NCBI RefSeq assembly: GCF_028641065.1
Contig: NC_073411.1
Span: 14,074,001-14,138,000 of the forward strand
Direction: 5' to 3'
Length of the DNA stretch: 64,000 nt
From: Leucoraja erinacea
Taxonomy: Eukaryota
Every line of letters starts with the position of its first letter. The first letter of the stretch is position 1. Made by a program: the position numbers and the translations under genes. The notes under the pieces were generated by a model, which saw only the letters and a program-made list of their open reading frames with translations, did no database searches and was not told the origin of the DNA. Of this stretch, positions 12,901 to 23,163 are shown in pieces.

Positions 12901-15900
12901 ATGTCCACTATTTTAGTGGATTTGAATGCGATTCTAACTTCAGCAGGGCAGCCAACATCCTAAAGGACCCTTCCCACCCTGGACACAACCTGTTCCACCT
13001 GCTGCCCTCTGGCAGAAGGTACAGGTCTTTCAAAACTCGCACAAACAGACTCAGAGATAGCTTCTACCCCGTAGCCATACGTGAACTTAACAATGCAAAA
13101 TAAGAAATAACACTCACATTCAACTGAATGGTTCTACCTCAGCTGCTATTGTTATTTATCTGTATTTTTTTTTAAATATGTATATATTTTTACCTTTTCT
13201 TATATATTTAAAATTGCTCTTGTGAATCGCACCGTGGGATTGACTTTTAAATTTCGTTGTACCATGTGCAATGACAATAAAGAGATTCATTCATTCATTC
13301 ATTCATTCATTCATGTGATTCCAATATTTATTATGGGAACAAGCACAAAGTTTTTTTTCCTCAGCCACAGATTATAGTGATGAAAGTAACTGGTGCCTTA
13401 ATGCACCATGTGGTCATCATTCAAATAAAATGGACGTGAAAATGGCATTGGTAATTTCTCCTAATAAACGTCACCACCAAGTAATGCAGCATTAAATTTT
13501 ATTATTACAAAGTACGACTATGATAAAATAAAAAGTTGTTGGTAGTACTGTATTATCAGCAACAATTAGAAGACAATTCTACAATGCAAGAACCTTTGAT
13601 TTAGTTATAGAGTTTATAAAAGCATATTGCTCACCATCGAATTGGTAATGCATAGTTTGATTGATCCGTTCAGTGACACCAGCAAGCCAATCTTGAAATG
13701 ACAAGTTCACTTGTGATTCATCTATGGGTTGGCTCACAGCTGAAAGAAGGAAGAAAGGTCTACAGTCTACATGAGCTGCTGCACCAAAGACAAGAACATT
13801 TATATGTTGGGTGGTTGGTACCTTTTCTTTAGGCATCAGCCATTATCACTGTGGAACTCTTTCACACTGTTGGAAAGCAAACCATATTCTACCCTAATGT
13901 TGGAAAGTGAGAAATAACCGGCAAAGGAATTTGGACAGGAACTTGCTTAGTAACTAATCCACAGCATAATATCTTAGTGTTCCACCACACCAAACTGCTG
14001 ACTATTTTTTTTTCTTTAAACCATTTTCAATGCAAACAGGAAAACCACAGCAAGTGGTTGCTACTGAGAGGGTGCCTTCTCATGTTAGAATTCCACAAAT
14101 GCATTGTTGCCCACAATCGAACATCATTAACTTTACACCTACATATGTAGTAGGGCCATTCTTGGGAAAGTGAACCAGACTGTCACACACGTGACCAGGT
14201 GGCATCACATAAAGTAATACATTTAAAAACCCATTTATGTAATACATATAGATAGACAGATGGTTTGCTGATGACCTGCATGGATTTGGTGGACTGAAGG
14301 GCTGTTTCAGTGCTGTATCTATAACTGTGTTCTGATTTTGGGACAGAAGCTAAACGACAATGATAGAGAAAACTGGTTGATTAAAAGGAACAATTTGTAG
14401 GTGTGCAATGTCAGTCTATTACTGGACTATGCTGTTCCGTAGATTTGAGTCCAGTGGCTGAACAGCAAAGTCTGAACAGAGTTTCATTTCCTGATGGGCA
14501 ATAAGATGCAATAATCTGCACTTAACTGATGGCTTAACATAATGAAATGTGCTAATGCACTTTGCAAGAGCATTAATGTAATAAATCTTGATACCAAGTC
14601 ACATAAGGACAGCTGAATACCTAGCTACTACTGGTGGAGTGATGAAATCAGTTGTTTTTTTGAAATAGAATAAAATGGCAGACTTATGCATTATGCAACA
14701 ATATAGGGTTTCAATTCCACAGCAGGACAGAACCATGGCCGGGAGGAGGAATCTAAACCGTTACTGACGTCAGTGAAGTCTGAAATGGTTTATGTGCTCC
14801 CATTAGTGATTTGACCTTGTTAATTGTGATGTTACCCAGGGGGAAATGTAGTGGTGTAAGTGCTTACCTGTTAAATCATCCTTTTTCCTCTTTTTTGTTT
14901 TTGAAATGGCATTGGCTGCAGCCTGAGCTGTGAAGTCCTGGGGGTAAATTGCCAGCAGTCGCCTCTCAGAATTCGGCTGAAGCCCTAATTAAAGTTGTAA
15001 TCAATATTAGGTCAGCATCTCATAAGTAATATTCATAAATTCAATAGTGAATTAAGGAGTAAAATATTAATCCACAAAGAAGGCGAAAGATAACATTGAT
15101 AGTTCAAAAAGCTATGTAGGTACAAGGTGCAGAAAGGAATGCATGTTTATGAACATGGAACTTGGAACAGTACAGCACAAGAACGGGCCCTTTGGCCCAC
15201 AATGTCTGTGCCGAACGTGATGCCAAAACCATCACTTATTTACCTGCACATAATCTATATCGCTCCATTCCCTGCATTTAGCATTTGCTGATCCAAAAGT
15301 CTTTTAAATGCCTGCTTCAACCACCACCTCCAGCAGAGCATTCCAGGCACTCACCACCTTCTGTGTAAACTTGCCCCGCACATCTCCTTTAAACTTTTCC
15401 CCTCTCACGTTAAAGCTATCCTCTTCAGTATATGAATTTTCCATCCTCTAAAAAAGATTCTGTAAACTGCTCAAGCAAAATATGAGATGCTGCTCCTCCA
15501 ATTTGTGTTTAGCCTCACTCTGACAATGGAGGAGACCAAGCACATAAAGGTCTGTACAGGAATGGGAAGGAGAATTAAAGAGTTCAGCAGCTGGGAGATC
15601 AGGTTGGTTCACATGGGCTGAGCGAATACCACATGCTTTCTTTACCACTCTGCCTATCATTGTTACCACTTTCAGGAAGTTATAGACTTGGATACCAAGA
15701 TCCATCTACACATCAATACCGTTAAGGGTAATGCCATTCATTAATTGTGTATTTTCCCCCTTACATTTGCCCTCCCAAAGTGCAACACCTCACACTTGCT
15801 TGATAGAAACTGTCTGCCATTTCTGAACCCATTTCTGTAGCTAATCTATGTCCCATTGTATACTTTGACAGCCTTCCTCACAAAGCCACAATCTTGGTAT

Positions 15901-17547
15901 CATAAGAAACTTACTAACCAACCCGTCTATATTTACATCCAAATTATTTAGCACAGATCTCTGCGGAACACCACTGGTCGCATACATCCAGCCTGAATGT
16001 TGTCCCTCCACCAAAACCCTCAGTCTTCTATCATTAAGCCGGTTCTGAATCCATATGATCTAGTCATTATTTATCCCATGCATCTTAATCTTCTGGATCA
16101 ACCAACAATGGGGGATTTTATCAAATTCCTTACTAAAATCCATGTAGGTAACATCCACCGTCCTACCCTCATCGATCACCTTCACCACCTCTTCAAAATC
16201 CTCGATCAAATTGGTAAAACATGACCTGCCATGTGCAAAGCCGTGCTGGCTGTCCGTAATTAACACATTCTCATCCAATTGGGAGTGAATCCCATCCCAA
16301 AGTACCCTTTCCAATAGCTTCCCAACCACTAACGTGAGGCTCACTGGCCTATAAATCCCTGGGTTCATTCTACTTCTTAAATAGAGGAACAACATTAGCT
16401 ATTCTCCAGTCCTCCAGGACCTCGCCCGTGGTTAAAGAAGATGCAAAGATGTTCTTCAAGATTGCTTACCCAATCTTCTCACTTGCCTCCCTCAATAGCC
16501 CTCTCAAATCCCATCAAGTCCTGAGAATTTATCCACCCTAATGCTCTCCAAGAGCCCCAACACCTCCTTCTTAATCTCAAATTAGTATTCTCAATTTGCA
16601 CATTAGTATTTCCAAAGTTGATGAGGTTAGAAGATGGAAGTCTGTGTTGAACTTCAAGTCATTCCAACATTATTTGGAAATTCAGTATTTAATGCAGTTT
16701 AATTTATATTCATATCTTTGCACCTACCAGTAGAATCAAAATTGATGAAATATGAGAACTCTTGCCCTAACTTCTCATCGCTAGCAAAAGCACAAATGCA
16801 TGCATAGAAGTGGATGCAATGTTTTGATGTCTCCTTTTTGTTGCTGCTGGATTTGCTGGCTTTGAAGGCCTGGCAAGAACAGTAGAACTTGTGCTCCATA
16901 ACACCTTTAGTCCTAGTTTTCTCATGGAAGGAAACGTGCAGAAATCCTAAACTGTGCTTCTGGCTAGCTTTGCACTTCACCACCATGATAGTTTTAGTGA
17001 TCCGCTGCACCAGGGGCCCACTCGATTCAGTCGCCAAGTTCCAGATAGCCTGCTTTATTTCAGTGGTCACTTGAAGAGAGTTCAACACAGAGCTCTTAAG
17101 CGTATGTGGTGTGGCTTCCATATGACATTCGACGGAAAGCTTAATATGCTGACATTGGTTCTCAGCACCTCCTTGAGAAGATACTTTGAAACACGTGGGG
17201 ACCAAGCATCGGCCTGTTATATGGGTAATAATGGTTCCCTCCACTGTCTGAATTGCCTCAGTTGTGCCCAGTTCCACAAAGCCTCTGTAGTCAGGTCCTC
17301 GATCTCGAAGTCTCACTGAGTACACCTGCGAAGAAGATCCGGTGACAATGCGGACAGCATCGACGCTGGGTTGTTGCTTTCGAGCTCCATCTCTGAAGAC
17401 AGCACCACAACTTTTGTTCTTGCAGCTCAAACCACGAGTACCATTGAATGTGCCGCACTTTGGGCACTTCTTAATTCCCCGTAAAGTAGGTTTGCCCAAA
17501 TCAGCTAAAAAAGCCGGAGTTTTCATCTTGTCTGCATGTTGTTCCAT
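9787..17547 (-). CDS. C2orf42: C2orf42 homolog (uncharacterised zinc-binding protein); exons 16728-17547, 14868-14984, 13635-13739, 12165-12272, 11741-11841, 10336-10498, 9787-9995; 540 aa
   Basis: [35 protein letters not shown].., [31 protein letters not shown].., [17 protein letters not shown].. and [32 protein letters not shown] match recalled human C2orf42. Phases are consistent; 1623 nt including stop. Confidence 0.95.
10336..10498 (-). CDS. C2orf42: C2orf42 coding exon 6
   Basis: cag|[34 protein letters not shown]|gtgagt. Confidence 0.94.
11741..11841 (-). CDS. C2orf42: C2orf42 coding exon 5
   Basis: Encodes [33 protein letters not shown]; donor |gtaggt. Confidence 0.94.
12165..12272 (-). 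CDS. C2orf42: C2orf42 coding exon 4
   Basis: Encodes [36 protein letters not shown]; GT-AG bounded. Confidence 0.94.
12945..13313 (+). mobile_element. Rex1/Babar-type LINE 3' end with (ATTC)n tail
   Basis: Encodes ..[42 protein letters not shown], then AATAAA and a microsatellite tail. Confidence 0.8.
13635..13739 (-). CDS. C2orf42: C2orf42 coding exon 3
   Basis: ttctttcag|CT GTG ... GAT G|gtgagc; encodes [34 protein letters not shown]. Confidence 0.94.
14868..14984 (-). CDS. C2orf42: C2orf42 coding exon 2
   Basis: tag|GG CTT CAG ... ACA G|gtaagc; ends [12 protein letters not shown] (basic, NLS-like, as recalled for human SKSKKRRKDE). Confidence 0.85.
15150..16580 (-). mobile_element. Degenerate CR1 LINE (RT) with embedded Penelope endonuclease fragment (~15455-15625)
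   Basis: [45 protein letters not shown] (CR1 RT); [22 protein letters not shown] (Penelope GIY-YIG C-terminus). Confidence 0.85.
16728..17547 (-). CDS. C2orf42: C2orf42 first (large) coding exon
   Basis: ORF 16699..17547; acceptor cttgtag before 17568; donor G|gtaggt after ..NFDST. Confidence 0.95.
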
Positions 17548-18436
17548 TTTTCTTATCAGATTAAAACCCTACAAGAGAACAGAGATTAAACTTGGCAAAG
17601 AAAACAAAGTAAGGCCTTAAAATAATTACACTGAAGCACACATATAAATCGGAAAAACTGGCCTCCATCAACAATAAGAACTACAATGATGGGGTAGCTA
17701 CCAGATACCAGGACAAGCTGATAATGGTTTAAAAAACGTACATGTTGCTATTAAGTAGGAGGATGGTGATGCAAGAGTTCACACAATACTTTACAGCTCG
17801 TGTAGTTTCATATAGCTACTATGTACGATACGAATTGCTTCATAGGGGCTAAGCGCCAGAATTCCTTCCCTAAACCACCTTGCCTTTTGTTTTATTTCTT
17901 AAATTGTTGCTTAAGACTTTTCGATCACTTGTCCTGATTTCTTCTCCTTGTGCTGTATAATTTTTAACATACTTTCTCCCGATTACTGACTGAATTATTG
18001 AATGAAACATCCTGGTGGTCTTGAAGGGTGCAATATAAATATGTTCCTTTTTCTTTCACCTCCTCTCATCCTTCACCTACAAACTGCATCCTGTAATATC
18101 ACCGAAAATCTAATATTTTATTGCCTTTCACATTTCCAATCTTTTTAAAGTTAAACACCATGAAATGTGCATTAAAATAAAATCAGCTAATGTATCACAT
18201 TTTCTTGTGTAAATATTTGTAATTAATATTGCTAAGCCCTGCCATAAAACTGCATTAGCAATGTGAAATACTGGTCTTCACCAGTAAGTTGTATTAATCA
18301 CAACAGAAATGCTTGAAATAGTGTTTAAAACTAAAGGATCTTTACCTATCACCTTTCATGGTCTTGAAACAACCTATAAGGTCAGTGTAGCAACTCCAGC
18401 ACTTCATAAAAAACATTTACTCAATAATGATGAGCA

Positions 18437-18910
18437 ACACCTAACATGCTCTGTAATATTTTTATTTCTCTAGTCTCCCTCTCTTCTGCTTCAGTCTGAA
18501 GAAGGGTCTCTACCTGAACCATCACCCATTCCTTCTCTCCACAGACCCACTGAGTAACTCCAGCAGTTTGTGTATGGCTGCTTTGATTTGTCGTTTACAC
18601 ATCTAACATGCTCTTAGTACCATTTCTGTGTCACTAGTCTCCCTCTCCTGTGATTCACAGTCTGAAAAAGAGTCTGGAGCCGAACCATCAGCTTTTCACA
18701 GATGCTGCCTGACCCACTGAGTAACTCCAGCAGTTTGTGTCTGTCTATTTCGATTTGTCGTTTTCACACCTTACATGCTCTTTGTACCATATATGTGTCT
18801 CTAGTCTCCTTCTCCTGTGATTCACAGTCTGAAGAAGAGTCTGGAGATAAACCAACACATTCCTTCTCTCCACAGATGCTGCCTGACCCACTGAGTAACT
18901 CCAGCACTTT
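18437..18910 (+). repeat. Three ~165-bp tandem copies of a Penelope-derived short repeat
   Basis: Units restart at ~18437, 18599 and 18766 (..acatgctct..); CTGAA(G/A)A cores at 18496, 18662 and 18829. Confidence 0.75.
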
Positions 18911-18929
18911 TGAGTCGAGCTGCTGTTGA

Positions 18930-19325
18930 GTGAGTGACCCGCCTCCGTCGGGTTGTGATTGGCCCGGAGCCCGGGCGGGACCGGGAAGGCCGCGATCTGA
19001 TTGGCGATCCCGGTTGTCAATCATCCCCGGTGGGGTGGGGTGTGGGTGCGCACCCCCAGCAGAGCCGGCGACAGCAGCCGTGATGGCGGCGCCGCGTCAC
19101 TCGGGCCGTGGTCTGCCAACACAATGACATGTAGAATAAAGTACACGTACCTTGCTGTGGAGGTGCTTTAGCCTTCCCTCCCCCTTCTCTTCCATGTAAA
19201 CGCCCGCTCAGGGCCGGGCTCCCCTCAGACGCGCCGCCATTTCGCCTTACAAACCCGCTCGGCGCTGCGCTGTAACGACAGCGGCGATTGGCTGCCCGTG
19301 GTCACATGGGCTCAGCCCGGCCCGC
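18930..19325 (-). promoter_or_regulatory. CpG-island promoter and non-coding exon 1 of C2orf42
   Basis: GC/CpG-rich; donor AAG|GTACGT at 19151/19150; YY1-type GCCGCCATTT at ~19233; ATTGG (CCAAT) boxes near 18958, 19000 and 19287. Confidence 0.75.
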
Positions 19326-19607
19326 AGCGCCTTCTGGGATATGTAGTCCTCAACTCAGTTGGTGTCAGCCCGCCCCCAGTGCCTTCTGGGACATGTAGTC
19401 CCAACTCTTGGTCTCAGCCCGCCCCCCAGTGCCTTCTGGGACATGTAGTCCTCATCTCTGTTGGTCTCAGCCCGGCCCCCAGTGCCTTCTGGGACATGTA
19501 GTCCTCATCTGTTGGTCTCAGCCCGGCCCGCAACGCCTTCTGGGATATGTAGTCCTCAACTCAGTTGGTGTCAGCCCGCCCCCAGTGCCTTCTGGGACAT
19601 GTAGTCC
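19313..19607 (-). repeat. ~52-bp promoter minisatellite (6 units), each with a ZNF143/THAP11-type ACTACAnnTCCCA motif and a GC-box-like segment
   Basis: GCCTTCTGGGA(C/T)ATGTAGTCC starts at 19329, 19381, 19431, 19484, 19535 and 19587; further copies at 20146 and 20829. Confidence 0.9.
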
Positions 19608-20285
19608 TGTTTAAGAGGGAACTGCAGATGCTGGAGAATCGAAGGTTACACAAAAAAGCTGGAGAAACTCAGCGGGTGCAGCAGCATCTATGGAGCGAAG
19701 GAAATAGGCAACGTTTCGGGCCGAAACCCTTCTTCAGACTGATCGGGGGCGGGGGTAGGTGGGGACAAGAAAGGGAAAAGGAGGAGTAGCCCGAAGGCTG
19801 GGGGATGGGAGGAGACAGCAGGGGGGCTGAGGAAGGGGAGGAGACAGCAAGGACTAACAGAATTGGGAGAATTCGATGTTCATGCCCCCGGGGTGCAGAC
19901 TCCCCAAACGGAATATGAGGTGCTGTTCCTCCAATTTCCGGTGCTGCTCGCTGTGGCCATGGAGGAGACCCAGGACAGAGAGGTCGGGGACGGAGTGGGA
20001 GGGGGAGTTGAAGTGCTGAGCCACCGGGAGGTCAGCTTGGTTATTGCGGACCGAGCGGAGGTGTTCGGCGAAACGATCGCCCAACCTCCGCTTGGTCTCA
20101 CCGATATAGATCCTCATCTCAGTTGGTCTCAGCCTGCCCCCCAGTGCCTTCTGGGACATGTAGTCCTCATCTCTGTTGGTCTGAGTGCAGTGGAGATACA
20201 GGTGAACCTTTGTCGCACCTGGAACGACTGCTTGGGTCCTTGAATGGAGTCGAGGGGGGAGGTGAAGGGACAGGTGTTGCATCGT
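19608..20285 (-). mobile_element. Penelope-like element 3' part (GIY-YIG endonuclease + terminal repeat with hammerhead core), interrupted at ~20111-20185
   Basis: [55 protein letters not shown]; upstream CNTCPF..RFTCIS; CTGAAGA-GGGT-TTCG-GCCC-GAAACGTT at 19710-19737 (-). Confidence 0.9.
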
Positions 20286-20334
20286 TTCGCCAAACACCTC
20301 CGCTCAGTCCGCAAGAACCTACCTGAACTCCCGG

Positions 20335-20790
20335 TACATTGTTGAGTAGTGTGACATCCGCAGGGAAGAAGCTGTTCCTGGACCTCCTGGTCCAGCAACA
20401 GAGGGACCTGTAGCGCCTCCCGGATGGTAGGAGGGTAAACAGTCCATGGTTGGGGTGAGAGCAGTCCTTGGCGATGCTGAGCGCCCTTGGCAGACAACGC
20501 TTGCTTTGGACAGACTCAATGGAGGGGAGCGAGGAACCGGTGATGCGTTGGGCAATTTTCACCACTCTCTGCAGTGCTTTCCGGTCGGAGACAGAGCAGT
20601 TGCCATACCATACTGTGATGCAGTTGGTAAGGATGCTCTCGATGGTGCAGCAGTAGAAGTTCACCAGAATCTGAGGAGACAGATGGACCATTTTCAGTCT
20701 CCTCAGGAAGAAGAGACGCTGATGAGCCTTCTTGATCAGAGTTGATGTATTGTGGGTCCAAGAGAGGTAATCGGAGATGTTGACCCCTGA
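20335..20790 (-). mobile_element. Rex1/Babar-type LINE RT C-terminal fragment
   Basis: [60 protein letters not shown]. Confidence 0.85.
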
Positions 20791-21129
20791 TGTTGACCTC
20801 AGTCCGTCCCCCCCCCCCCCCCCCCAGTGGCTTCTGGGACATGTAGTCCCCATCTCTGTTGGATCCAGTGAAGATCCCACACCCTGGTTCTCCAACTAGT
20901 TTCACTGTTCATAAGATAAACATTGTCCGTAATAGTAGGTCTATCTTCGGTGAAAACCAGCATCTGCAGTTCCTCCCGCCACACTACTCGTTTCACTGTC
21001 CGTGAAAAGACACAGTCCATAAGATTGTTTATCTTCGGTGTAAACCAGAATCTGCAGTCCTCCCTACACACCACTAGTTTTACTATCCATAAGATAGACT
21101 ATCTTATGGACAGTGTCTATCTTTGGTGT

Positions 21130-21535
21130 AGAGGTCCTTCTCAGATGTACAGGGCCCTTGTGAGACCACACCTGGAGTATTGTGTGCAGTTTTGGTCTTC
21201 AAATTTGAAGGACATTCTTGCTATTGAGGGAGTGCAGCGTAGGTTCACAAGGTAAATTCCCGGGATGGCGGGACTGTCATATGTTGATAGAATGGAGCGG
21301 CTGGGCTTGTATACTCTGGAAATTAGGATGAAAGGGTTTCTTATTGAAACATTAAGGGTTTGGACACGCTAGTGGCAGGAAACATATTCCCAATGTTGAG
21401 GGAGCCCAGAACCAGGGGCCACCGTTTAAGAATAAGGGGTAAGCCATTTAGAATGGAGATGAGGAAACACCTTTTCAGAGTTGTGAGTCTGGAATTCTTT
21501 GCCTCAGAGGGTGGTTCTCTGGATGCTTTCAAGTG
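21130..21535 (+). mobile_element. CR1 LINE fragment
   Basis: [31 protein letters not shown]. Confidence 0.85.
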
Positions 21536-22657
21536 AGGCAGCATCCGTGGAGGAAGATGGACAGTATGATGAAGGGCCCCAACCCAAAGCAGGGCTTGTT
21601 TTGTTTTCCTCCACAGATATTGCCTGACTTGCTGATTTCTTTCAGCTTTTATCTTTTGAATAAAATTTCAGAGTAATAAGAGGTAGCAGATATAGGCACC
21701 TTCTGCAGTGCAGCCACTGAAACATTTTATTTTACACTCAAGTCCAAAGCCAGCGGTGACTGGGGGCAATATGACTGCTTCCAAAGTTAAGGTGGCTGAG
21801 GAATAGAGCTTGCAACCATTCAACACAGCTGTGCATCCCACAAAGGAGTTTTTGTGTGCTTTTTAGCTGGAAAAATGGGTTGGAAAGGACAGCTGCCTCA
21901 GTGAGCATAACTTAAGTTTTGCTGCACTTAGTTTAAAAATATATTTCTAGCACTCCAGCCCTATTTAAAGGCTGTGACTCTAGCTATGTATGTCCTTCCA
22001 CTTCAAAGATTTTAACATTTGTAAGGCTCAAGATAATTTTTCCAATTACCCAGTAAAACTCTGTGACATGAAAATAACATTGTTTCAGAGCTTCGAGAAA
22101 CATTGCTATAATTCATTCCAATTTATGCTATGTAATTCATACCATAACTCTACCATTAGAATTCTTTGTTGACATCATATAGTCAAAACTGATCCACATC
22201 AACATGTCCACAAAGGCAAAAGGTGGTGCATTTGAGAATGCATTTGTATTAAAATATATTGTTATCAATTGTACTCATCCATATATTTATCAATCCTTGC
22301 TATATTGAATCTGATTCAATATTGTTTGGCATAATACTGTGGATTGAGAGCAAAGGTAACTGGAATATCCCTGGATTGAAGGAACTGTCTCTGTGAAAGG
22401 TACTACATTAATGCAGGCTGAAAGCATTCTCATCTGAGTAATAATTACAACAACTGTTGCTGTTGACTAGTGTGTAATGCACTTTGCTGTTGTCAAGACA
22501 GTGTTAATTTGCATTCACTTCTTATATCTAACCCATGACCATTTTAGCTACAATCAGGTACGTTTGGATTATTAAAGATAGACACGATCAAATAGAAATC
22601 TATTGTAGCCAATAAACAGAATGATATATACAGTTCAATACGATGGCCCAATGGCCG

Positions 22658-23131
22658 TTTTATTTATTGACCATTAATAACTGCTACATTTTTAATACCA
22701 ACAAGGCCGTGCAGTTAACAAACCCAAATGCAAGTCAATTGGTCCTTCACAAACCTAGTTCATGTGATTTTTGCCTGGAATAGATATCCCCTGAGGTGAA
22801 GTTTTTATTTTAATGCTGATGTAGTTTAAACAGAATCCCTTTGTGGCCTGTTTAGCCTGCATTTATTCTCAACTTCGATCTGATAACCCGCTTACCCATC
22901 TGCTGCTCATTCCACCGTGTCTGTAGCTACACGTTAGTCTGTCACCCATTCCAATGATAACCAGGGAAGCTGCTGGACACAAATATTCGACAATTCTCAC
23001 CGCCCCACCCCCCTCCCAGAATACAGCATTAAATCTGCAAAAGGTGCAGACAAAAAAAAAAGTCCCATCCCATGATCAGTACCACTTCCTGCATTCCTTG
23101 GCAGATGGGACCATTGCAAGTGGAGAGAAAA

Positions 23132-23163
<32 letters not shown>

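Noticed and set aside
19313-19607. CRISPR-like appearance of regularly spaced repeats
   Set aside because: The spacers are themselves repeated, the context is a vertebrate promoter, and there are no cas genes; it is a minisatellite.
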